Shown here: positions 10,708-20,278 of the stretch, in pieces
How positions within the stretch are numbered: the stretch's first letter is position 1
How the letters are laid out: each line of letters opens with the position of its first letter
From: an uncultured Bacteroidales bacterium
Lineage (GTDB): Bacteria; Bacteroidota; Bacteroidia; Bacteroidales; VadinHA17
Reading direction: 5' to 3'
Assembly: GCA_963780735.1 (NCBI GenBank)
Contig: CAWADB010000006.1
Span: 827,282 to 891,281 of the forward strand
Length of the DNA: 64,000 nucleotides
Made by a program: the position numbers and the translations under genes
The notes under the pieces: model-generated
What the model was told of the DNA's origin: nothing
Database searches by the model: none
What the model saw: the letters and a program-made list of their open reading frames with translations, nothing else

Positions 10708-12498
10708 ATGAAAAAGAGTCTTTTAATTAGCTGTACACTGCTTTTAGTGTTACAGGTTGCCTACGGCCAGACTTCAAATCCGCAGAAAGAAGCCAGGCGA
10801 CCAAATATCGTTATCATCCTTGCGGATGATATGGGCTATTCAGATATGGGTATGTTCGGAAGTGAGATAAAGACACCCAACATGGACGGCCTGGCGTCAA
10901 ACGGAGTTCGCTTTACGAATTTCTACACCCATGCCAGCTGTTCACCTTCGAGATCGATGATGTTATCAGGTGTGGATACACACCTTAACGGCCTCGGCAA
11001 TATGAACGAATGGACAGCACCCAACCAGGAGGGCAAAGACGGGTATGAAGGAGATCTAAATAACCGCGTGGTGACAATTCCCCAATTGCTCAAAGAAGTT
11101 GGTTATCATACATATATGGTCGGGAAGTGGCATCTGGGAAAGTCACCCGATAAAATCCCTGCAGCCCGCGGCTTCGAACGCGATTTCAGCATGCTTGACG
11201 GGATGGGCAGCTACTGGGATATGACAAATATGAATGCCTTAACTCCCAACACCCTTTTTACTGAGGATGGCAAATACCTGACAAAGCTTCCAAAGGACTA
11301 TTACGCTACAAAAACCTATACTGACAAGCTCATCAGCTTCATCGATGCCAATCACGGTGACGGCAAGCCGTTTTTCGCCTATGTCGCACACCAGGCGCCC
11401 CATGATCCCTACCATCTTCCGAAGGATTGGCGCGACAGGCATGTCGGGCAATATGATTTCGGATGGGATATGCTGAGGGAGCAACGATTGAAGCGGCAAA
11501 AAGAACTGGGTATAGTGCCGGAATCCAGTGTCCTGGCTGAGCGTATGTGGTTCATACCTGAATATTCCATCCTGGCACCCGGCACAAGGGCCGTATTGGG
11601 AAGAAAAATGGAGCTCTATGCCGGATTGGTAGAGAATCTGGATTATCACATCGGCAGGCTTATAGATCATCTTAAGGCAATCGGAGAATACGAGAACACC
11701 GTTTTCATCATTTTTGGAGACAACGGTGCGGAGGGGAACGATCTCGGCGCAATGATTGCAGGTACACCCGGAACCCGCGACAATCTGTTTTTTGCAATGA
11801 AATGGTCTCAAAATGATCCGAATGCCTGGGGCAGTCCGGGTTCTTATGTTGGTTATGGTCCGGGCTGGGCCCAGGTCTCAATGACCCCATTCAGCCAGTA
11901 TAAAGGCTTGCTTGCCGAAGGCGGGATAAGGAATGCACTTGTCGTCAGCGGCCCTGTCGTCAAGCGCGAGAAGGGAAGTATAAACAACGGGCTTATGTTT
12001 ATAGCAGATATCATGCCTACCATCCTTGATATCACGGGTGCCAGGTATCCTGAAGAAAATAATGGACGTGAGCTGCCAGAGCTTATCGGAAAGTCATGGT
12101 CCGGCGTGCTGGCCAATGAGGCAGAGTCTCCCCGCACTGCGGACGATTATATAGGATGGGAGGTCTTCGGCAATCGCGCAATCCGCCAGGGCGACTGGAA
12201 GTTGCGGTGGGAAGTTATTCCGCTGGGAAAATCTGACTGGGAGCTGTTTAACCTTGCTACTGATCCGGCCGAGAAGCATGACCTTGCCGCGGAGAATCCG
12301 GGAAAAGTGAAGGAAATGTTACTGTTATGGGACAAATATGCAAAGGAGAATAACGTTATTCTCCCCAACCGGACACCTTTTGAAACACTGGCTGATCAGT
12401 TACCGGCGAGAGTCCCTGTTGAAACAGGATTTCCGCCCCTGTCATATAAGCGACAGTACGTACCTCCTAAAGAATTAATGACTACTCCGAAGAACTAA
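10708..12498 (+). CDS. Arylsulfatase (S1, Cys-type, AtsA-like), exported
   Basis: PNIVIILADDMG; CSPSR formylglycine motif; GKWHLG; APHDP; GDNG; signal peptide. Confidence 0.95.
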   Translation: MKKSLLISCTLLLVLQVAYGQTSNPQKEARRPNIVIILADDMGYSDMGMFGSEIKTPNMDGLASNGVRFTNFYTHASCSPSRSMMLSGVDTHLNGLGNMNEWTAPNQEGKDGYEGDLNNRVVTIPQLLKEVGYHTYMVGKWHLGKSPDKIPAARGFERDFSMLDGMGSYWDMTNMNALTPNTLFTEDGKYLTKLPKDYYATKTYTDKLISFIDANHGDGKPFFAYVAHQAPHDPYHLPKDWRDRHVGQYDFGWDMLREQRLKRQKELGIVPESSVLAERMWFIPEYSILAPGTRAVLGRKMELYAGLVENLDYHIGRLIDHLKAIGEYENTVFIIFGDNGAEGNDLGAMIAGTPGTRDNLFFAMKWSQNDPNAWGSPGSYVGYGPGWAQVSMTPFSQYKGLLAEGGIRNALVVSGPVVKREKGSINNGLMFIADIMPTILDITGARYPEENNGRELPELIGKSWSGVLANEAESPRTADDYIGWEVFGNRAIRQGDWKLRWEVIPLGKSDWELFNLATDPAEKHDLAAENPGKVKEMLLLWDKYAKENNVILPNRTPFETLADQLPARVPVETGFPPLSYKRQYVPPKELMTTPKN

Positions 12499-12511
12499 AG
12501 CAATAATCACC

Positions 12512-13513
12512 ATGAAAAAATATTTATCTGCCTTTGGCTCCTTGCATTTAAGGAATCTGATAATGATCGTTTTTATCCTGATCTTAAGCTGGCCTGATGC
12601 AGCTCAAGCTCAGGGAGATGGAGCACGGTTTTACTGGAAGGGGTTGATGGGAACCAATGCCGTTCCTGTAATAGCAAACTCAATGGGTGGCAATGCCAAC
12701 CCCATGGATCCTTCGAACACTGTTTTTCCCGGCTCAGATTTTACGGCAACCATGAGCATAGCCGGCTACGCAAAAATGCTGCCTCTGGGCAAGCGCTCCG
12801 CAATGGTTTCGGTACTTTTCCCGATGGGCAGGATCTCAGGTGATCTCTCGCTGAACGGGATTGACTACAGCAAAACTGCAAGAGGATTTGGCGATCCCAT
12901 GTTGCAGGTCAGCGTAAACGTGATCGGACCAAAGGCAATTATGAACATTCCCGACATGCTGAGGTATAAACCCGGATTTTCAGTCGATATTCTCGGAAGC
13001 CTGGCTGTCCCGCTCGGGGCATATGACAATACCAGCCCTGTCAATATCGGACAGAACCGCTGGTACGGACGTGTAGGCCTGCCTATTGTCTGGCAGTTAG
13101 GTTCGTGGGTGCCTGGCAAGCGCACCACACTGGAGTTGCTTCCTGCCATCTGGATGTTCAGCGATAACACTGATTTTATGGGCGAGACAATGGAGACCAA
13201 GCCGATGTATCAGCTCGAAGGACATCTTACGAGGGATTTCATGGAGAGGTTCTGGGGTTCATTTGATGTCATCTCCTATTCCGGCGGCAAGGCTACAATT
13301 GACGGTGTTGAAGGCAGTTCCCTGAACAACCTCGGAATGGGCGGTACCCTCGGTTACGTGATAAATGACAATATGCAGCTGAATATTTCCTACTCCACAA
13401 CTGTCAACGACAGTGAGCCGGAAGACCTGAAAATGGACGGCTTTCGTGTTACTCTGATTTACGGATGGCATGCGCTGATAGAAGGCATGCACCGGTTAAA
13501 CGGCGGCGAATAA
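12512..13513 (+). CDS. Outer-membrane channel, COG4313/MetA-pathway family
   Basis: Signal peptide; GFGDP motif; P-x-G-x-Y ... NIGQNRW; barrel strands. Confidence 0.75.
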   Translation: MKKYLSAFGSLHLRNLIMIVFILILSWPDAAQAQGDGARFYWKGLMGTNAVPVIANSMGGNANPMDPSNTVFPGSDFTATMSIAGYAKMLPLGKRSAMVSVLFPMGRISGDLSLNGIDYSKTARGFGDPMLQVSVNVIGPKAIMNIPDMLRYKPGFSVDILGSLAVPLGAYDNTSPVNIGQNRWYGRVGLPIVWQLGSWVPGKRTTLELLPAIWMFSDNTDFMGETMETKPMYQLEGHLTRDFMERFWGSFDVISYSGGKATIDGVEGSSLNNLGMGGTLGYVINDNMQLNISYSTTVNDSEPEDLKMDGFRVTLIYGWHALIEGMHRLNGGE

Positions 13514-13563
13514 TAATGAGAATTTAAACAATCTATAATCCATAATTAAAAATTCTAAACATC

Positions 13564-14112
13564 ATGAAAAAGCAAATTTTTGTTCTGTTTCTGTTACTGC
13601 TTTCATTTAAAGCATTTTCACAGGAAAACATGGTAACCCTCAGTGGTGGTTATGCGTTTGCGAATATCGAAGACTCTGATACTAAAGGTACCGGCTATAG
13701 AATTAATGGCCTGTATGAATTCAATCCTTCAGGCAGTATGTTTGCACATGGATTTTCGGTAGGCTATATCCATCTTTCCGCAACGGATAATGCCGGTGAG
13801 CTGGCTGTTACAAGCACAGTAAATTCTTTCCCGGTTTATTACGCACCCAAAGTAATGTTTGGCAAGGAAAGAGTTAAGTTATTTGTAAAAGGAGCACTTG
13901 GTGTCCAGTTCGCTGCCCTTGAAAGGGAAGGAGCTGTAACAATCAGTGACAATGATTTCGGATTTTACGGAGGAGGAGGCGCCGGTATTATGATATTCCT
14001 TAAGGATAACATCTTTATAAACGGGGAATATGAAATCGCCTGGGCATCGAACAACTGGTACAAAGACGGATGGATCAACACTGCCAGCGGCGGCATCGGC
14101 TTTAAATTCTGA
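13564..14112 (+). CDS. Small outer-membrane beta-barrel protein
   Basis: Signal peptide; about 8 amphipathic strands; C-terminal GFKF. Confidence 0.7.
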   Translation: MKKQIFVLFLLLLSFKAFSQENMVTLSGGYAFANIEDSDTKGTGYRINGLYEFNPSGSMFAHGFSVGYIHLSATDNAGELAVTSTVNSFPVYYAPKVMFGKERVKLFVKGALGVQFAALEREGAVTISDNDFGFYGGGGAGIMIFLKDNIFINGEYEIAWASNNWYKDGWINTASGGIGFKF

Positions 14113-14150
14113 TATAATCCGGAATAAATCTCGTCTAAACAAACATATGT

Positions 14151-14816
14151 ATGAAAAAGCTATTACTGCTTATTTTTCTTATTCCGGCGATGCTGTGCTC
14201 TGCACAGATAGATAAGGATCAGCTTGCGCTGGCTATCAATAAGGCTGATGAAGCCAACACAGAGCAGCTGAAGGCTTTTATATGGAAACGAAAAGCTGAT
14301 GTCTATGTGGAAAATGTCCTAAAGCTTACCACCATTACAGAATTCAGTTTTAATCAGGCCGGTGAACTTGAGACGAAGATCATAGATTCTGAAAGTTCCG
14401 TAAAGAAGAAAGGCGGAATTCGTGGTATGGTTCAGGAAAATGCAGCCGAAGATAAAATGGATTATGTGGGGAAAGCACTTGACCTATCCCTTGCATATAC
14501 CTATATGACAAAAGGTCAGTTGATCGATTTCTTCGGCAAGGCAACTGTTACGGAAAAAGACGGGATTATTGAAGCCACGGCGGAAAATGTTTATGTTGAA
14601 GGAGATAAACTGACTGTCCAGGTTGAAGCTGCCACAAATCTTTTTCTTAACAAGAAATTCTCAAGCCTGTTAGGCAAGGATCCTGTTGACGGTGAAGTTA
14701 AATATGAAAAATTCAGCACGGGTGTAAACCATGGATCAACAACCCTGTTGAATATGCCGGCACAAAAAATGAGAATTGATGCTGTTAATCAGGACTATTC
14801 GCAAAGAGTGCAATAG
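14151..14816 (+). CDS. Exported hypothetical protein
   Basis: 221-aa ORF with signal peptide, in the operon. Confidence 0.7.
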   Translation: MKKLLLLIFLIPAMLCSAQIDKDQLALAINKADEANTEQLKAFIWKRKADVYVENVLKLTTITEFSFNQAGELETKIIDSESSVKKKGGIRGMVQENAAEDKMDYVGKALDLSLAYTYMTKGQLIDFFGKATVTEKDGIIEATAENVYVEGDKLTVQVEAATNLFLNKKFSSLLGKDPVDGEVKYEKFSTGVNHGSTTLLNMPAQKMRIDAVNQDYSQRVQ

Positions 14817-14883
14817 GAGCTCCTGGGCCTTTAAGGACTTTGCCTGAAAGGATTAAGATTAAATATTAGTAAACTATCAGTGG

Positions 14884-16017
14884 ATGATTAACTCAAAATA
14901 TTTGGTTTTCTCCCTTTCCCTCGTTTTAACATGCCTGAGTATTAATGCACAGGAAAAGGCAAAATCCTTTTCTTCATTTCGTGACAGCGTTGATCATGCG
15001 ATTGACATAAGCGACTGGCTTGTTAACAAGAAAGGAGTGCTGGTTGTGCCGACAATAATTACAGAGCCAGCGGTGGATTACGGAATTGCTTTGGCGGCTG
15101 TCATGTTCCATTCATCCTATTCAGAAAAGCATGGTCCGCCAAGCATGACCGGAGTGATGGGCGCCGGTACCCTTAACGGTACTTGGGCTGCCGGTGTCTT
15201 TCATGCCGGATACTGGAAACATGACAGGATAAGATATTTGGGAGCCCTGGCCAGGACCAATGCAAATTTAGGCTTTTACGGCTCCGGGGACATCGACCTC
15301 CTGAATGGTGAGCCTGTAAATCTGAATTTGGATGCCTGGATCCTTGTCCAGCAAATCAAATTCAGGATTGCAAGTTCTAATTTCTTCATTGGAGGCAGTT
15401 ATCTTCTGCTGGATACTGACAATACTTTTGAGCTCCCTCTTGACATACCCGAATACGAAGGAACCGAGTTCAGTTCGACACTCAGTGAAGCTTCATTAAA
15501 AATAGAACTTGATTCAAGAAACAATGTTTTCAGTCCTACATCCGGGTTGTTTTTTGGCCTCACAGGCACTTACAGTGACACATGGTTCGGAGGTGATGCA
15601 TTATATGGCAGAATTGCGCTGACGCTTATCGGGTATGTCCCCGCAGGCAAAAAAGTTTTCCTGGGGCTCAGGCATGAAAGCAATTATTCCCTGGGTGATG
15701 TACCCTACTATGCCAGGCCGATAATCAACCTGAGAGGAGCCCCGCTGATGAAATACCAGAATCAAAATGTCATGGTCATGGAGGCTGAGGTGGACTGGAA
15801 TGTTTATAAACGATGGACGGTCACAGGTTTTACAGGCTTCGGAAATGCATTCGCAAATTTGGCTGATTTTGAGGAGGGTAAAAGCGTCTCCACCCTGGGT
15901 ACGGGATTCAGATACTTGATGGCCCGTAAACTCGGAATGAATGCGGGTATGGACTTTGCTGTTAGTAATGAGGACTTCGCTTTCTATATAGTCTTAGGAA
16001 CCGCCTGGCTGAGATAA
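14884..16017 (+). CDS. BamA/TamA (Omp85)-like barrel without POTRA domains
   Basis: DSRNNVFSPTSG; LRG lid-like motif; GTGFRY; signal peptide. Confidence 0.75.
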   Translation: MINSKYLVFSLSLVLTCLSINAQEKAKSFSSFRDSVDHAIDISDWLVNKKGVLVVPTIITEPAVDYGIALAAVMFHSSYSEKHGPPSMTGVMGAGTLNGTWAAGVFHAGYWKHDRIRYLGALARTNANLGFYGSGDIDLLNGEPVNLNLDAWILVQQIKFRIASSNFFIGGSYLLLDTDNTFELPLDIPEYEGTEFSSTLSEASLKIELDSRNNVFSPTSGLFFGLTGTYSDTWFGGDALYGRIALTLIGYVPAGKKVFLGLRHESNYSLGDVPYYARPIINLRGAPLMKYQNQNVMVMEAEVDWNVYKRWTVTGFTGFGNAFANLADFEEGKSVSTLGTGFRYLMARKLGMNAGMDFAVSNEDFAFYIVLGTAWLR

Positions 16018-16021
16018 ACGA

Positions 16022-16951
16022 ATGAAACCAATTTACATTCCTTTATTGGTCTTTTACCTGTTGATTTCCGTTGAAAATACTAAAGCTCAGGATCTTGATC
16101 CAAGGGCTTATGCAAGGATCCCCGTCAATGTGACCGTTGTTATTGCGGGATTTGGTTATTCACAGGGAGGGATTCTTACTGATGCTACCCTTCCTGTCGA
16201 AGATCTGGAGGCCAAAATAGGATCGCCGTCACTTGGCGTTGTTCATTCATTCAGTCTGTTTGGCAAGACAGCCCAGGCTTCTGTTGCCTTACCGTATGCA
16301 TGGGGTGATGTAACGGCAACTATAGGAGGTGAACCGCAAAGTACATCACGCTCAGGATTTGGCGACATGCGTCTCAGGTTCTCATATTTATTGCTTGGAG
16401 CCCCGGCCATTACACCGGCAGAGATGGCAACAGCACCGCGAAAGACAATATTGGGTACAAGTCTCAGCATAACAGCGCCCACAGGCCAGAATTTCCCTGA
16501 CAAACTAATCAATATTGGCACCTCCCGATGGGCTTTCAAACCGGAAATTGCTATTTCACAGCCTATTGGCAGAAGATGGCTTCTTGACTTCTACTCAGGT
16601 ATCTGGCTTTTTACCAAAAATGACACTTACTACCCGGGAACTTCAGTACGTACCCAGGATCCGCTTGGGTCATTTCAGGGCCATATCAGTTACAATATTC
16701 AACCCCTCATGTGGGTAGCCCTTGACATGACCTTTTATACCGGGGGCAGATCATCTGTCGACGGGGTTGAAATGGATGACCGGCAATCCAACTCACGTAT
16801 TGGTGGTACTCTGGTGTTACCCATCGGTAAACGGAATTCCGTTAAATTTGCATATAGTACAGGAGCGATTATCCGCAGCGGAGCCGATTTCACCTCCATT
16901 TCCGCCGGATGGCTAACCACGTTTTTTGGGAAGCCCAAATCAGCGCAATAA
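16022..16951 (+). CDS. Outer-membrane channel, COG4313/MetA-pathway family (second copy)
   Basis: QDLDPRAY N-terminus; SGFGD; APTGQ..INIGTSRW. Confidence 0.75.
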   Translation: MKPIYIPLLVFYLLISVENTKAQDLDPRAYARIPVNVTVVIAGFGYSQGGILTDATLPVEDLEAKIGSPSLGVVHSFSLFGKTAQASVALPYAWGDVTATIGGEPQSTSRSGFGDMRLRFSYLLLGAPAITPAEMATAPRKTILGTSLSITAPTGQNFPDKLINIGTSRWAFKPEIAISQPIGRRWLLDFYSGIWLFTKNDTYYPGTSVRTQDPLGSFQGHISYNIQPLMWVALDMTFYTGGRSSVDGVEMDDRQSNSRIGGTLVLPIGKRNSVKFAYSTGAIIRSGADFTSISAGWLTTFFGKPKSAQ

Positions 16952-16992
16952 AATCATTTTTCCGGCTTTCCGGCAAGAATTGAATTTCTGAC

Positions 16993-17098
16993 AAAAAAAA
17001 GGCAGCCCCGTGTTTGTCAAATGTTTGTCAAATATTCATTCGTCAATGTCTGCTACGTCTGCTGCCCGGTCGGGCAAGGCAGTGAAGGGGCTGCCCGT
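16993..17098 (-). ncRNA. Candidate small RNA of about 105 nt, family unknown
   Basis: TAATTTTG -7 box at 17110-17103; 9-bp terminal stem GGCAGCCCC/GGGGCTGCC; U8 tail; internal hairpin; six GAC motifs. Confidence 0.6.
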
Positions 17099-17334
17099 TC
17101 CGCAAAATTAAATCTTTAGGTAAAGCAATACCAATAAGTTATTCACAATTCAGGGAGTTTTAGGTAAAAGTTATTAAATGATGATACCCCTTTTGCAAAA
17201 AGGCTTTCCTCCCTCCCCAGACTTTTACTGTCAGCGCTTCTTATGTTTCCGGAGTTCGATAATTATAAAATGTATACCTTAGTTGGAGGAATGGGAATAA
17301 CCACCTTAAGTATCAACTCTTAACAAAAAAGAAA

Positions 17335-17526
17335 ATGAGCATGTGTGAAAAACGTTATGAAAGAGCTCCAACATCAGGTGCAGTTTATGGCCTGGGCCTC
17401 ATCGGGGCTGCAATCTATTTTATCGGAGGCGCCACAGGTTTCTGGATGGGGGTCCTGGGCTTCCTGAAAGCAGTTGTGTGGCCTGTTTTTCTTGTCCTTG
17501 CAGCCTTCAAGGAGCTGGCAGCTTGA
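17335..17526 (+). CDS. Small two-TM membrane protein of unknown function
   Basis: 63 aa; GAVYGLGLIGAAIYFI..GFWMGVLGFLKAVVWP; A-rich leader; own terminator. Confidence 0.75.
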   Translation: MSMCEKRYERAPTSGAVYGLGLIGAAIYFIGGATGFWMGVLGFLKAVVWPVFLVLAAFKELAA

Positions 17527-17534
17527 AGTATCTG

Positions 17535-17556
17535 GAGACGCTGCATACAACGTCTC
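17535..17556. repeat. REP-like palindrome (AGAGACG..TGCAACGTCTCT type)
   Basis: GAGACGCTGCATACAACGTCTC; related copy at 50421. Confidence 0.55.
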
Positions 17557-17581
17557 TCAGGAACCATAACTGGTGAATCAC

Positions 17582-17608
17582 AGGGGAGGGCTTCCACCTC
17601 CCCTTTTT
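17582..17608 (+). terminator. Intrinsic terminator
   Basis: AGGGGAGG-GCTTCCA-CCTCCCCT-TTTT. Confidence 0.7.
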
Positions 17609-17647
17609 ATTATCTTAGAGGTAAAATAAACCACTGACCCGAAACTG

Positions 17648-19019
17648 ATGAAAATTCTGATCAAAAACGGCACCGTCATAAACAGCTCTGATGGCAGTGC
17701 TGCAGATGTGCTGATTATGGATGGAATAATTGTCCGGACGGGGCCCTGCCTTGCTGAGGATAAAGCTGACAGGATTATTGACGCCAGCGGTAAGTACCTT
17801 ATACCCGGCGGGGTTGATCCGCACGTTCACATGAACCTGCCTGTAGCCGGGGGATTTTCATCAGACGACTTTTTCACGGGAAGCCGTGCAGCGCTCTATG
17901 GAGGCACGACCACTATTCATTGATTTTGTCACACCCGCGAGAGGAGAATCACTTCCCGGAGCCCTTGAGAAGCGAAAACGGGAAGCAGAAAATTCCCTGG
18001 CTGACTATGCTTTCCATGTCAGTCCTGTCGAATGGCGAAAGACCACCGGCGATGAGATCAGGGAGTGCATAAAAATGGGAGTGACTTCATTCAAGGTCTA
18101 CATGGCTTATAAAAGTACTGTTGGCCTAGGTGATGAAGACCTCCTCGGGTTATGAGGTGTGTTGCCGAAGCCGGAGGGACAGTCACCGCACACTGCGAGC
18201 AGGGTGACGAGATCGAAAAACTCCGAAATTCATTCTTCATTCAGAACAATACTTCTCCTTTGTACCATGCACTTTCACGGCCTTCCGTCACTGAAGCAGG
18301 CTGCAGTGGAAAAAGCAATTAAAATGGCCTGGAATGTACACTGCCCGCTGTACATCGTCCACGTATCATCGTCGGAATCACTTAAATACATCAGGAAAGC
18401 CCGGCTTCGCCAACAGAGTGTCTATGCAGAGACATGCCCGCAATACCTGTTGCTTGATAATTCAAAATACCGCGGGGAGTTCCTGCAGACAGCACCATAT
18501 GTCATGAGCCCTCCGCTGAGAACAAAGAATGACTCTGATTCTCTCTGGGATGCCATCGGTGACGGTACCGTGAGCACTGTCGGAACCGACCATTGCCCCT
18601 TCACAATGGAGCATAAAAGGGCAGGCGACAACGACTTCCGTAAGATTCCGGGAGGAGCCGGAGGAGTGGAGCACAGGCTGGAATTACTGTATACACATGG
18701 CGTTTTAACCAATCGGTTAACATTTAACCAAATGGTTAATATATTCTCAACAGGGCCGGCAAAAATATTCGGACTCTACCCGCGTAAGGGGGAGATAGCT
18801 GCGGGGGCAGATGCCGATCTGGTGATATGGAATCCTGATCATGAAAAAAACATCTCAGCCGGAACACACCATCAGAATTGCGATATAAATATCTACGAGG
18901 GTATGCCCGTTAAAGGCACTGCAGATTACGTAATCAAGGGTGGCAATGTGATAATTGAAAACGGGAAAATGACGTCCCCGGAAATAACCGGTAAATATTT
19001 ATTCCGGACAATTGGTTAG
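17648..19019 (+). CDS. hydA: Dihydropyrimidinase/hydantoinase (HyuA-like), frameshifted
   Basis: PGGVDPHVH; GVTSFKVYMAY; AETCPQYL; MSPPLR; GTDHCPF; pieces 17648..17923, 17886..18155 and 18159..19019 join by single-base indels. Confidence 0.9.
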
Positions 19020-20200
19020 CCAACGCGTTTGCGATTCCTCTCCATGATGTTGTGTAAAATCCCGGCCGGATCTGCAAACCTGTTCGTGAGCATCATGGCA
19101 GCAATAATATACGGTTTGAATCCTGCTTCCTTGTATGTATCAATCCTTGAACGCTCAAATGCTTCTTTGCTGACCTCTCCCCTTTCGCATGACACGCCGC
19201 TGATATCGGCCGGAAGACAATGCATATACAGAGCATCACCGTTCCTGGTGAGCTTTAGCTTCGCTTCATCAAACTCCCATCCGGTGAACCTGGCATTATT
19301 GGCAAGACACACCTTTTCCAGTTCCTTAAGTCCTGCCTTGTCAGACTTTTTAAGCAGTTCCGTTCTCTGTTGCATTATATGGTACGGAGCCCAGCTTTTC
19401 GGATAGACAATATCCGCATCCCTCATTGCCTCATCCATTGAATGGCTGATTTTGAACGTGCTGCCATTGCTGAGGGCATTATTCTTTGCAAGCTCTGTTA
19501 TCTCCGGGATCAGGTTGTATCCTTCAGGGTAAGCAAGTTCAATATCCATCCCGAAGCGAGTCATGAGTGCAATTATTCCCTGCGGGACTGACAGCGGTTT
19601 GCCGTAACTGGGAGAATAGGCCCAGCTCATCACCAGCTTCTTCCCCTTCAGGTTCTCAAGGGAGCCGTAAACATTCCGCAGATGCATCAGGTCAGCCATC
19701 GCCTGTGTGGGATGGTCCATATCGCACTGAAGATTGACGATCCCCGGTCTCACTGGCAGCACTCCCTTTTCAAATCCTTCGTCGAGCGCCTCCCCGACCT
19801 CACGCATATATTTATTGCCCTCTCCCAGGAAGATATCGTCACGTATACCAATAAAATCAGACAAGAAGGAGATCATATTCGCCGTCTCCCTGACAGTCTC
19901 ACCGTGTGCTATCTGCGACTTCTCCTCGTCGAGATCCTGCACAGCCAGACCCAGCAGGTTGCTCGCCGAAGCAAAAGAAAAGCGTGTGCGGGTGGAGTTG
20001 TCGCGGAAATTGGATATAGCCAGACCTGTGTCAAACACTCTCGGGGAGATGTTTGCAGAACGCATCTCCCGCAAAATTTCTGCAACATCAAGCACTGTCC
20101 GCAGGTCAGATTCACTCTTCTCCCATGTAAGCAGAAAATCCTTGCCGGCCAATCCGGATTTCACCCTGCCCAGCTTTTCAATTTTATCTTCTAAACTCAT
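19016..20200 (-). CDS. ygeW: Knotted carbamoyltransferase YgeW
   Basis: FRDNSTRTRFSF; NLQCDMDHPTQ; WAYSPSYGKPLSVPQG; MHCLPADI. Confidence 0.95.
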   Translation of the reverse strand: MSLEDKIEKLGRVKSGLAGKDFLLTWEKSESDLRTVLDVAEILREMRSANISPRVFDTGLAISNFRDNSTRTRFSFASASNLLGLAVQDLDEEKSQIAHGETVRETANMISFLSDFIGIRDDIFLGEGNKYMREVGEALDEGFEKGVLPVRPGIVNLQCDMDHPTQAMADLMHLRNVYGSLENLKGKKLVMSWAYSPSYGKPLSVPQGIIALMTRFGMDIELAYPEGYNLIPEITELAKNNALSNGSTFKISHSMDEAMRDADIVYPKSWAPYHIMQQRTELLKKSDKAGLKELEKVCLANNARFTGWEFDEAKLKLTRNGDALYMHCLPADISGVSCERGEVSKEAFERSRIDTYKEAGFKPYIIAAMMLTNRFADPAGILHNIMERNRKRVG

Positions 20201-20278
20201 AACTTATTGTTCCTTAGGATACCGCAGCTTTAGAGACAGTTGTTCTTGTTCATAGATCATATTTTCTGTATGCAGGTA

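Noticed and set aside
16993-17098. SRP RNA, or simply the terminator of the sulfatase operon
   Set aside because: It lacks the SRP helix-8 CAGG..GGAA..AGCAG motif; the U-tract and promoter are on the minus strand, and the loop is far too large for an ordinary terminator.
9002-17100. Intact integrative element at tRNA-Val
   Set aside because: No integrase and no duplicate of the tRNA-Val 3' end found by eye.
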